Shown here: one piece after another, positions 9,579-19,300 of the stretch
Layout of the letters: each line of letters opens with the position of its first letter
How positions within the stretch are numbered: the first letter of the stretch is position 1
Source of the DNA: Poseidonia sp.
Lineage (GTDB): Archaea; Thermoplasmatota; Poseidoniia; Poseidoniales; Poseidoniaceae
Reading direction: 5' to 3'
Assembly (NCBI GenBank): GCA_023254355.1
Contig: JALRLR010000003.1
Location: forward strand, 1 to 40,291
Length of the DNA: 40,291 nt
The notes under the pieces: model-generated
What the model was told of the DNA's origin: nothing
What the model saw: only the letters and a program-made list of their open reading frames with translations
Database searches by the model: none
Program-made: the position numbers and the translations under genes

Positions 9579-10391
9579 TCAATTGTGGAGGGGCGTTTCA
9601 ACCGCCTCATCGGTGTCGGCCTTTCCAATGTAGTGAGAGAAATCGGGTCCGTCTTGGTCGGAGATTCGAAGGTCACCCGAAAACACGTCGGCGATGTAGT
9701 AAAGGACGGTTGATTCGGCAAGGTGCGGTCGGTTGTTCTTCTGGCTCAGGTGTGTGAGGGTGATGGTACGGGTGGCTTCGGTGCACACCTCGGCGAGGAA
9801 TTGGCCGGTTTGGTCGTTCGAAAGGTGGCCGCCACGGCCCGAGATGCGGTCCTTGAGTCGGTAGGGGTAAGGTCCTGAAATCAGTTTGTTGTGGTCGTAG
9901 TTGGCTTCGATGGAGATGTGTTCACATCCCCGCACGTGGGCGACCAATTCGTCGGTCCACGAACCCAAATCGGTGATGATGGCCGCTCGCTCACCCGCAT
10001 GGCTGGCCACGAAGGCCACGTTGTCCGAGCCCGAATGAGGTACGGGGACGGGGAGGATCGCGAGGTCATCACCCACTCGAATCATATCAAGCGCTTCAAA
10101 GAACGTGGTGTGCTCGGGCAGCAGGTCGAGTTCCAGGGCCGTTCGCTCGTTGGCGAGGATTCGCGTTTCCCACTTCGTCTGCATGATGCGTGCTCCTCCA
10201 CCGTGATCTCCGTGGTGGTGCGAGATGAACACGCAATCGATGTCGTGAGGGGTGAGCTGAAGCCGTGCAAGCCGTTTCTCGAGCTGTGTGCCGCTGAATC
10301 CTTGGTCGATGAGCACCTTCACCCTCGGGGTTTCAAGCAGCGTGGAGTTTCCACGGCTGCCGGTTCCAAGGTGCGTGATGGTCATCGTCAT
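9579..10391 (-). CDS. Metallo-beta-lactamase-fold hydrolase, YycJ/WalJ-like, ~270 aa
   Basis: GTGSRGNS N-terminus, HxHxDH (HHHGDH), TDLG, IEANYD, RISGRGGHLSN and HLSQKNN are motifs typical of the YycJ/WalJ/VicX subfamily. The start could be 10406, 10391 or 10385. Confidence 0.88.
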   Translation of the reverse strand: MTMTITHLGTGSRGNSTLLETPRVKVLIDQGFSGTQLEKRLARLQLTPHDIDCVFISHHHGDHGGGARIMQTKWETRILANERTALELDLLPEHTTFFEALDMIRVGDDLAILPVPVPHSGSDNVAFVASHAGERAAIITDLGSWTDELVAHVRGCEHISIEANYDHNKLISGPYPYRLKDRISGRGGHLSNDQTGQFLAEVCTEATRTITLTHLSQKNNRPHLAESTVLYYIADVFSGDLRISDQDGPDFSHYIGKADTDEAVETPLHN

Positions 10392-10455
10392 GCGAACATC
10401 CTTCACCCGTCGCGGGTATCACTTGAACACACCGACGAACGGACGAGAAAAGGCT

Positions 10456-10480
10456 CGCTTTGCAAGGGTTTTGCAAAGCG
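10456..10480. promoter_or_regulatory. Perfect 10-bp inverted repeat in the divergent promoter region (candidate operator or hairpin)
   Basis: CGCTTTGCAA-GGGTT-TTGCAAAGCG. A partial half-site GCTTTGCA recurs at 10559-10566. Function is inferred. Confidence 0.55.
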
Positions 10481-10578
10481 GCAGACGTGGGATGTATGAA
10501 CAATGTTCCATCACCCTCATAAGCAATCTTTGAGGAGTAAACGATGAGCGAAGCGTATGCTTTGCAGTCGGTGAATCC

Positions 10579-13500
10579 ATGAGGCGCAGTCAAACCACCC
10601 TACTGACCACGCTTGCGGTGATTGCAAGTCTGTTGTTCATGTCTCAGTTCCCGGCGATTTCAAACGTGGCCAACGTCCACCCCGATGACACGACGCAGAC
10701 GCCGCCTCCCAACACCGATTCGGACGGCGACCTCATCCCCGACGTGCACGAAACGTTGTTTGAAGAATGGATGAATTGGACCGCTCCCGACGGCCGGAGT
10801 GTCAGCATGAAGGGACTTGACAAGGACGATGCATCGGACGCCGATACGGACCGCGACCTCGACGGTTTGAACGCCACCGAGGAATTTTGTTGGCCCTACC
10901 CGGCCAACTGTACGGCACCGGGATTCCCCCGTGGCTTGACCGGCCAACTTGATGAGAACAGCGACCGGGTCTACTTGGACCCCCGGATGTCGGACACCGA
11001 TGGCGACGGCATGCCCGATGGTTACGAAGCCTACATGTGTCAGCGGAGCGGTGGTTTTGACCCCATTTCCATTCGTTTCATTTGTCCAACGTTTGACCCT
11101 CTCAACGCCAGCGACCGGGTCCTTGACACCGACAACGACGGCTTTGATGTTAACAGAGACGGATTCATGAGCGAGGCAGAGCGTTACACGGCTCCAGAAG
11201 AGTATGCCCACGGCATGCCGACCAACTACACCAACGAGTTGGATGGCCTGTGGTGTTACGCCACGTTGCCCGACGGGGCCGTTCTGAAGAATTGGCCCTA
11301 CATCCCCTCAGGCGCCAACGCCACCTTCCACAATCTGCTCGCTGCGTGCACCACCCGTGATGTGGACGTCGTGGGTGAAGACATGTGGTTGGGAACCGAT
11401 CCGCTCTTGGACGATTCGGACCGCTATCTCTGGGACGGTTTCTCGATTCGACCGCTTTATCCTTCATTCGGGGACGGGATTCCTGACGGTTGGGAGGTTC
11501 ACTTCGGGCTTGACCCGTTGAACCGTTCGAACGCCCTCGCGGACCCGGACCGCGACGGTTGGGACGCCAATCGTGACGGCGGCATCTCGGAAGACCTCTC
11601 ACGTTCGCTCACCGCCATCAAGCTTGGCGAAGCCCTCTCCACCCTTGAGGAATACATCGTCCACTACGACGACGGTAACACCGTTTATCCCGGTCTGAAG
11701 TCAACCTTTGTTGGCGACACCGAGACGTTCTCGACCATGCCGTTGGTGTACGATGCGCCCGAAGACGTCCTTTCCGTGCTCCACCACGATGTTCGAGCCC
11801 TCGACGAAAACGACGGGACCGTCTACGCCATGACTCGCTACGGTGTGAGTGTTTTCAACGAGGCTGAGGCTACCCAAGCGCATCAATGGCTCCCCCAGGG
11901 GGTTGAATTGAACGACGGTTTCCTGGCTCGGGCCGACACCTCTCCCTACGCCTTGGTGATGGGAACCAGCATCGGTGTTGCCGTCGCCCCCCTGCTGGCT
12001 GATGGTTCGCTGGGCAACCTCCCCACGTGGTCGTGGTCGCTCATCGGGCCCGTCCATGCGGTTGCCCCGCTGGCCAGTGAGGACGTCAACCTCCACATCA
12101 TCGGACTTGGTGATGCCGGTGCTGGAGCGGTCATTGAACTCGACAGCGGTGCAAGCATCGCCGAGACGCACGACCTCGGTCTTGGGATCGCCGCCGGTTT
12201 GGCGGAGGCCAATGCCTCGGTGACGGCCATCCAACACGGTCTTGCCGGAGGGTCAACGCTCAAGCTCTTCGTGGGAACCGACCGTGGATTGTTCATGGTC
12301 GATACCGCTTCGGCACGAGACGAAGTCGCCGGTTCTTGGCGATTCTTTTACACGCAGGATGACGTCGATCTTCCGTCGAACGTGGACGAAGTCCGAAGCC
12401 TGCCTTTGGGAACGGTCGGGAACCCTGCCGAGGTTCGAGCCATGGTGCTTGATGGCCCCGCACCTTCCAACGCTCAAGTGCTTTGGTTCGGAACGCCAGC
12501 TGGCTTGCACAAACTCAACCTGAACGATGACACCATTGACCACAGCGGTTTGTTGTTGCATCCCGGCGTGGATGGGAAATTGTCACGCGAAACCAACAGC
12601 ATTCAAGCCATTCATCCAACCGGGGATGAGGTTTTGGTTGGCTCTGATTGGGGCCTTTGGGCCGTTGCGGGGGATTATGCTTCGGTGTACGGCCTCCAAG
12701 ACCAAACCCGTCTCCCTGGGGAAATTGTCGCCATCACCACCTCGGTTGGTGAAGGAAACGTCACGGTGTACGCCTCGGCTTCTCCAGGTCAATACGCCAA
12801 CCTGTTGCTCATGGACCCGGGTGCGAACGATTCGGACGCTGACGGCATGCCAGACGGTTGGGAGGTGGTTCACGGTTTGGACCCCACCGACCCTTGGGAT
12901 GCGCTCTACGACCATGACGGCGACGGGTTGGACCTCGACCAATCAGGGGACATGAACCTCGAGCGACTTTGGACCAACCTGGATGAATTCCGCTACACCC
13001 GGCTGACGCCTGAAGGCTACAACTCAACCGACCCTCGTTTGGGCGATACCGACGGTGACGGTTTGGGTGACGGTGCCGAGTATTTCGGTTTCTTCTTCGA
13101 GCAATCCAATCTTTGGTGCCACTACACGGTTCAACTGGTTCATGTGTGTGATGATGCAGCGGGGCAAGCCGCCAATGCCACCTACCTTGCCATGGCCAAC
13201 GTCGACAGCGCCACCGACCCCACCAATCCCGACACCGACGGTGACGGCATGCCGGACGGATGGGAAATCCAACACCGCCGCTGGGTCGGCACGACCTTCT
13301 CGGGCGGGAACAATTGGAGCCTTGACCCGCTTCGACCCGATGACGCCCAGTGGGATGCTGACGGTGATGGCCTTCCCAATCTATGCGAATACCAGTGGTC
13401 CATCGTTCGATTGATGGGCGTGAACGGCGATTTGTTGGAAGATTACGGAGAATCGGCGGAGGCCGCTTCGCAATGGGCCGTTGCCGACCCGAACCTCATC

Positions 13501-16326
13501 GATTCCGACGGTGACTCTCTGCCCGATGGTTGGGAGTCGAAGGGCCTGTGTTCGTGGGACCCTTCGCGACGAGGGGTCAATCCGCTGAACGGCTCAGATG
13601 CGTTTGAGAACCCCGACGGTGACGGTTATGACATCAATCATGACGGTGAACTCACCGCCAACGAAGCCTTCGTGAATTACCTCGAGTATCACGTTCGCAC
13701 CGATCTGTTCAACGGAAACATGACGCTTGATGGCGTGGAATTGCCCAACGGGTTCACCACCGACCTGTTCAACCGCATCGGTGACCTCGGTGCTCCCGAG
13801 GCCACCTTTGCTGAGCGAGCCTCCGGGGCGGTGACCTCGGGGCAATCGTTGTACAGCGTGGGCGCAGCCGACCCGTTGAGCGCCGACACGGACGAGGACG
13901 GCATGCCCGACGGTTGGGAAATTTTTCACGCTCGCTGGGATTTACTCGATGACGCATGGACCCTCAACCCGCTTGATTCAACCGACCGATGGAACGATGC
14001 CGACAGCGATGGCATGACCAACTGGGAAGAGTACAACGCCATCTCGCCCGTGTACAGCCAATCCGATGCGAATCGCTCGTCACCTCAATGGTTCGTGACC
14101 ACCATCGGCACGGCCTTCGCGCTTCAACAGTGGCCGGGAATCCCGACCGAGGCATCGTTTGGTGACTTCCTCTCGCAGGACCAAATCAACCTCACCGGAT
14201 GGACCTCTGATCCAAACAACGTCGACACCGACGGTGACGGCATGCTCGATGGTGTGGAACTCCTGTTCACTTCGTGGAACGTCTCGGCCGGGACATGGAC
14301 GCTCAATCCCTTGGTAGCGGGCGACGGTGATTTCGACAGCGACGAGGACGGTCTGATCGATCGCCAAGAATTTGCCCTGGCCACCGAACAACCAGACAAC
14401 GGCATCGAACATCCAAGCGATGCCCCACTCATGCACATCGACGGTGATTTCCAACAACCCACCGAGAAAGCTCAGCGCGTCTTCAACATCCTCATCTCAA
14501 AGGAAACTCGAGGGAAACGCTTGCTGAACGATTTCAATGCATGGCAGCAAGGCGAACCGCCCAACGCCTTCATCGAAGTGGTGTTGGGCATGACGGACCC
14601 CACCATTGCCGATACCGACGGTGACGGCATGTATGACGGGTTTGAGTATTGGTTCACGTCGTGGGATCTGGACCAAAATCGATGGTCCATCAACCCGCTC
14701 ATCGATGGCGATGTCAACCTGGATTCCGACCAGGACAGTTTTGACTGCAACGGCGACGGCGAAATCGATGCCAATGAATCGTTCAGCAATCTTCGAGAGT
14801 GGGAATCACGAACATGGGGGAAGTACCTGAACCGGAACACCGTACCCGCATCCATGGGGATCATTGATTTCGGAGAAGATGCGATGCTGGCCTACCAAGA
14901 AGAACTCGGTTACTCCTTGATTCAGGCACAGGCGGCTTTGTATCAAGACTTCATCGAGAAGGGGCAAGATTCCATGGACCGAATGGCGAAAATCAACTCC
15001 TTGGAAAGCGAGAACTTCAATCGGAGTTTGCGCGGTGTGGCTGACCCGACTCACCCCGATTCAGACAGCGACGGCATTCCCGACGGTTGGGAATACTGTT
15101 ACGCCATTTTTGGGATGAACGACATCACCACTCAAAACCACTGGGCAGCGAACCCGCTCAACCCTTGGGATGTCAACTACGACGGTGATCACGACGGCTG
15201 GTACGACCGAACGGCGTTTGATATCCCTGCAGAACAAGGGACGTGGGAGGACCGAAGTTTCACGCCCTCTGGCAACCTCATCCAAAACGGCATCGGTGAC
15301 CTCCCGTTCACGAACGGCATGGAGTACGATAACGAAACTCGCCCCGATCTCAACGACAGCGACGAAGACAGCCGAACCTACATCACCGAAGTGGTCAACG
15401 GAGCGGTTGTTTCGCATTCCAGAGATTACAACCTCTCCGACGGTCGTGAGGTGTTCAAATACGGTTCCAATCCAAGCGACAACGACACCGACGGCGACAT
15501 GCTCCCTGACTGGTACGAATACAAGTTGGGTTGGAACGAAAGCAACGACAATTACTCCTCGTACCTCCGAATCCGGGTGGTTTGGATTGACGTGGCCACT
15601 GGAGGGCCATGTGACACCTCCACCACCTCCTGTTTGCCGCTCTCCCAAGACGGTTCAGGTGGAACCTTGAGTCGGCCCGATGTCGAGATGGCTTGGTTCA
15701 CCCTCAACCCCGCCGACCCCAACGATGCCAATCTTGACCCCGATCAGGATGGAAACTGGGACTGTACGGGTGCTGGATGCACCTACGAGCCGTACACCAA
15801 CTTCCAAGAATTCTACGCCATCACGGTAAGCGAATACGCCTCTCCCAATGCAGTTCGATTAAGCGGGTTGACCTACGACGGCTCCCCCGTCACCGAAGGT
15901 TGGCAATTCCGTGCGGCCATCTTGGGGCTCGGGCAGTCCAATGAATTGGTGCTGAATTACCTCAAGCTTGACAAGTACGCTGGCCCCGATCGACAGTACG
16001 GGTACATCGTGGACGATCAAGACACGGATTTCCTCACGGTGGACGCCAGCGACGATATCGTGCTCATGGCTGGAAATCGGACCGATCTTTGGGAGATTGT
16101 CTATGCGGGCTCTCCCAACACGGCCCCCGTTCGTGGCGTTGGTGAGCACGAATTTGGATGGTACTTGCTTGACTTTGATGACGACCACCTCGCGGAAGGT
16201 TCCAACCCGATGAATTGGGATACGGACGGGGATTGGATGAACGACTGGTTCGAGGTCCGAGATGACGAAGAGGACGGGGTCCGTGGCGACTCCTCTCCCA
16301 TTCGATACGACTCTCGACAAACCTGA
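10579..16326 (+). CDS. Giant exported Ca2+-binding repeat protein (TSP3-like DxDxDG repeats) with an inserted beta-propeller-like region, 1915 aa
   Basis: N-terminal signal or anchor MRRSQTTLLTTLAVIASLLFM. About 25 motifs of type DTDGDGMPDGWE / DxDxDG...N..EY. A non-repeat insert carries LFVGTDRGLF, LWFGTPAGLH and VLVGSDWGLW blades. No C-terminal TM. Confidence 0.8.
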   Translation: MRRSQTTLLTTLAVIASLLFMSQFPAISNVANVHPDDTTQTPPPNTDSDGDLIPDVHETLFEEWMNWTAPDGRSVSMKGLDKDDASDADTDRDLDGLNATEEFCWPYPANCTAPGFPRGLTGQLDENSDRVYLDPRMSDTDGDGMPDGYEAYMCQRSGGFDPISIRFICPTFDPLNASDRVLDTDNDGFDVNRDGFMSEAERYTAPEEYAHGMPTNYTNELDGLWCYATLPDGAVLKNWPYIPSGANATFHNLLAACTTRDVDVVGEDMWLGTDPLLDDSDRYLWDGFSIRPLYPSFGDGIPDGWEVHFGLDPLNRSNALADPDRDGWDANRDGGISEDLSRSLTAIKLGEALSTLEEYIVHYDDGNTVYPGLKSTFVGDTETFSTMPLVYDAPEDVLSVLHHDVRALDENDGTVYAMTRYGVSVFNEAEATQAHQWLPQGVELNDGFLARADTSPYALVMGTSIGVAVAPLLADGSLGNLPTWSWSLIGPVHAVAPLASEDVNLHIIGLGDAGAGAVIELDSGASIAETHDLGLGIAAGLAEANASVTAIQHGLAGGSTLKLFVGTDRGLFMVDTASARDEVAGSWRFFYTQDDVDLPSNVDEVRSLPLGTVGNPAEVRAMVLDGPAPSNAQVLWFGTPAGLHKLNLNDDTIDHSGLLLHPGVDGKLSRETNSIQAIHPTGDEVLVGSDWGLWAVAGDYASVYGLQDQTRLPGEIVAITTSVGEGNVTVYASASPGQYANLLLMDPGANDSDADGMPDGWEVVHGLDPTDPWDALYDHDGDGLDLDQSGDMNLERLWTNLDEFRYTRLTPEGYNSTDPRLGDTDGDGLGDGAEYFGFFFEQSNLWCHYTVQLVHVCDDAAGQAANATYLAMANVDSATDPTNPDTDGDGMPDGWEIQHRRWVGTTFSGGNNWSLDPLRPDDAQWDADGDGLPNLCEYQWSIVRLMGVNGDLLEDYGESAEAASQWAVADPNLIDSDGDSLPDGWESKGLCSWDPSRRGVNPLNGSDAFENPDGDGYDINHDGELTANEAFVNYLEYHVRTDLFNGNMTLDGVELPNGFTTDLFNRIGDLGAPEATFAERASGAVTSGQSLYSVGAADPLSADTDEDGMPDGWEIFHARWDLLDDAWTLNPLDSTDRWNDADSDGMTNWEEYNAISPVYSQSDANRSSPQWFVTTIGTAFALQQWPGIPTEASFGDFLSQDQINLTGWTSDPNNVDTDGDGMLDGVELLFTSWNVSAGTWTLNPLVAGDGDFDSDEDGLIDRQEFALATEQPDNGIEHPSDAPLMHIDGDFQQPTEKAQRVFNILISKETRGKRLLNDFNAWQQGEPPNAFIEVVLGMTDPTIADTDGDGMYDGFEYWFTSWDLDQNRWSINPLIDGDVNLDSDQDSFDCNGDGEIDANESFSNLREWESRTWGKYLNRNTVPASMGIIDFGEDAMLAYQEELGYSLIQAQAALYQDFIEKGQDSMDRMAKINSLESENFNRSLRGVADPTHPDSDSDGIPDGWEYCYAIFGMNDITTQNHWAANPLNPWDVNYDGDHDGWYDRTAFDIPAEQGTWEDRSFTPSGNLIQNGIGDLPFTNGMEYDNETRPDLNDSDEDSRTYITEVVNGAVVSHSRDYNLSDGREVFKYGSNPSDNDTDGDMLPDWYEYKLGWNESNDNYSSYLRIRVVWIDVATGGPCDTSTTSCLPLSQDGSGGTLSRPDVEMAWFTLNPADPNDANLDPDQDGNWDCTGAGCTYEPYTNFQEFYAITVSEYASPNAVRLSGLTYDGSPVTEGWQFRAAILGLGQSNELVLNYLKLDKYAGPDRQYGYIVDDQDTDFLTVDASDDIVLMAGNRTDLWEIVYAGSPNTAPVRGVGEHEFGWYLLDFDDDHLAEGSNPMNWDTDGDWMNDWFEVRDDEEDGVRGDSSPIRYDSRQT

Positions 16327-16391
16327 GGCCTTACCTGTTTTTGTGACGCTGAACCGCATGGTTCAAATTGGAAGTCGGCTGTCATGGAGAC

Positions 16392-19300
16392 ATGCAGGGT
16401 AGCGGACAGCATAGATTGAGCGCACGAGGCATATGGTTGCTTCTGGTGGGCCTCATGGTGCTCACGCCTCTCGGCCCGATGGCAAACGTGGTTTCACTCC
16501 AGGCCGAAGCGGCTCCCGGCACCCGCCACGTCTACCAGTTTTCAGGCGGTTCGAGCGAACACATCGCTTTGTATCAAGGGGCCAATCCCGACTTGGGGGC
16601 CTCGGTGGACCTCCCTCGTGGCGCTTTGGTGACCGATGTTACCATGACGCTTTCCGGTGCATCGGCCACCGGTTGGTCACAGGTGGTGGCCGACGACCGC
16701 GTCCACTGGGTGCGAGGCGCTGAAACGGGCATCGACGATCGCAGTGGCGACCTGACCCTGGCGCTCGCCAACATCAGTCGCAACTTCCTTCCACACGGCG
16801 AAGATGCCTACATCAACCCCAACTCCGATGCATGGCTTGACAACGGTTCCTACGCCCTGCGTCAGCCTCACACCTCCAACGCCACGGAGAGCTTGTTCTC
16901 GCAACAGTCCACCAAAACGTCCTCCAGTTTCATGGCGCAAAGCCAAGGAGCCATCCTCAAACATCACGACTGGCTTTTCCTCTCCACGTGGTCCTCCTCC
17001 TCCTTCCACAACGTGGTTGAGCGCCTGTATCCGAACAACGCGACTCGGGAATCGGTCATCACCCTGGACCAAGCCTCGTGTACGCTGCCCCAGAAGCATT
17101 CCTCGTCGTATTACGCCTACTACGGCTTCCGAGATTGGACCGTGACCGACGATGAGCGCCTCTTCGGCATCCTCTCCGGCTATCGATACACCTACGGTTC
17201 GACGGCTCCAGTGAATTATCATCGCGTCATGGAAATGGACATCTCCCGCGATGACACCTGGACCTGCATTGATTCATACGACATTTCACCATCGGTCGGT
17301 GAGTACACCGGTATTGCCTATGACCGCGTCTCGGGGAAAGTCTGGGTCGCACACAACGCAATGAACCGCCTTTACGCCTACGACTTTGCCGGTGATGGGA
17401 CCGGAACCTACACTCGGAGCCAAGAGTTCTACACCTACACCTCCTCATCGTCCTCAACCTGGGAGTGCGGTGGCAGCACCAGCAGCAACCAGAAGCAAAT
17501 GCTTCGTGGCTTGGCCGTGAACGGCTCGACGTTCTACATGCGCTGCCAAAAAGACCAGTACTACAACGACCGTGACCAATTGGAGGCTTGGTCCGTTTCG
17601 GGCAGTTCCTCCGCCCTCATCCCCGAGAACACGGTTCGACAGATTTCCCGCCTTGGCTACGGGTTGCAATACGACGGCGAGCGATTTGTCACCGTGGACA
17701 GTGGGTATTCCACCTGGTCGGGTGCCACCCTGTATTACCGAGAGTTCGGCACCGGCTGGATGTACGAAACGACCCCGTCACCCGGCACCACCACGTGGTA
17801 CGGTGATGTCATCCGGACCGGAGACGATGTATTGGCCGCCAACGTGCAGACCTATTGGTCCGCCGCTTCCATCGGGGACCGGGTTGACTACTGGATTTCA
17901 GCGGACAACGGCACCCACTGGGAAGAGGTGGAGTCCAACGCCACCATTCACTTCGACCACCCCGGGAACGAACTGGTTTGGAAAGCACAACTGATTGGTT
18001 CAACGGCCGTTTCGTGGTGGGTTGACATGGATTACGCCACCGCTTACTCGTTGCAAGGCGATTGGACTTCACCCCACTTCAACACCGGTACCAAAGTGGG
18101 GAAGGTCCGCCCTCAGTGGACCGCTGATGTCCCTTCAGGGACCACCCTCAGCGTCCAAGTGTCCAACGACAACGGGACAACGTGGCTCGACGCCGTCAAC
18201 AACGGCGAGACCAGTTTCTCGACCGAAGCGGCCGGGAACACGCTACGGTATGCCATCGTCATGGGCACCAGCGACCTCACCAAGACACCCAAACTCGACC
18301 GATTCGTCCTCGAATACGAAGAGGGCTATCCTGACCGACCGATGCTGGATATCGGAGGGGACGGCACCTACGATTGGGAATCCGTCCTGTTCCTGAACGA
18401 ATCCTCGGTGGTTGCCTCTGACGATTCTCCGGTCGGCGATGTCGTCAAGCAGGCGCCAACGCTGGTGGATGCCTTCAACGACCATATCCCTGAGAACGGC
18501 GATGGCACGGTGAACATCCCCATCGGTGTGAAGGCTGCCAGTTCGGGGCGGGTGAAGATATCCAATATCGACATCACCTACGCCATGCAAACCCGTGCCG
18601 TTGATGCGTCCTTTGAGGGTGGTCTCGCCGCCCCTGACGGCATTTATCGAAATTTCATCACGCGGGTTGCACCGGGTGACGATGTGGACCGAGTGACCAA
18701 GGCGGTCATTGGCATCGATCACTCGCACGGCGAAAACCCCTCCTTCACCTGGGAACGCGGCGACTCGTGCACGGTCAATTCCGATGCTGGCGGTATCGTC
18801 GTGTTCGACGTCGCCAATTGCACCTCTTCGGTGGATGCAAACGACGTGGTGTCCATTTGGATGCCGACCAAAGTGAACTGGACGTGGGACGATGAATCCA
18901 GGACCGAAGCCATCATCTCGGTTGAAGATGACTTGGGTCCGTCGGTCAACCAATGGGAATCCTCGTCCATGAAACTCGTGGTTGAGAACGATATCCAACT
19001 TGACGGACTGCGAGTTTGGGAGGAAACGGGTCGTCAGTTGTACCCCATGGATTGGGTTCGAGGCGGCTTCAACTTGAGTTTCAGCGGGTCCATCCATTTC
19101 CAAGATTCTCAACTCATGCCACCCGCAGGAAGTTTCTCGCTTCGCGTGATCGGGCAAAACGTCACGTATGACGGCGACCCCATGGGTGAACCCATGGTGC
19201 TCTACGAGGAAGTGAATCCCGCCTTTGGCGCTTACAACATGACCTTCACGTCCCCCATCGAGTCCACACCAGGCGGGATGATTTTCTATGTTCAAGCGGT

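Noticed and set aside
3223-10391. STAND ATPase + MBL hydrolase read as an Avs1-like antiviral system
   Set aside because: The two genes are on opposite strands, separated by pilins. The MBL is YycJ-like, the STAND protein has a wHTH rather than a protease or nuclease effector, and there is no defence-island context.
10700-16260. Recurring DNA words such as GACACCGACGGTGACGGCATGCC considered as a CRISPR array or DGR-type repeat
   Set aside because: They are irregularly spaced, vary at synonymous positions and are in frame with the protein repeats. No cas or reverse transcriptase gene is present.
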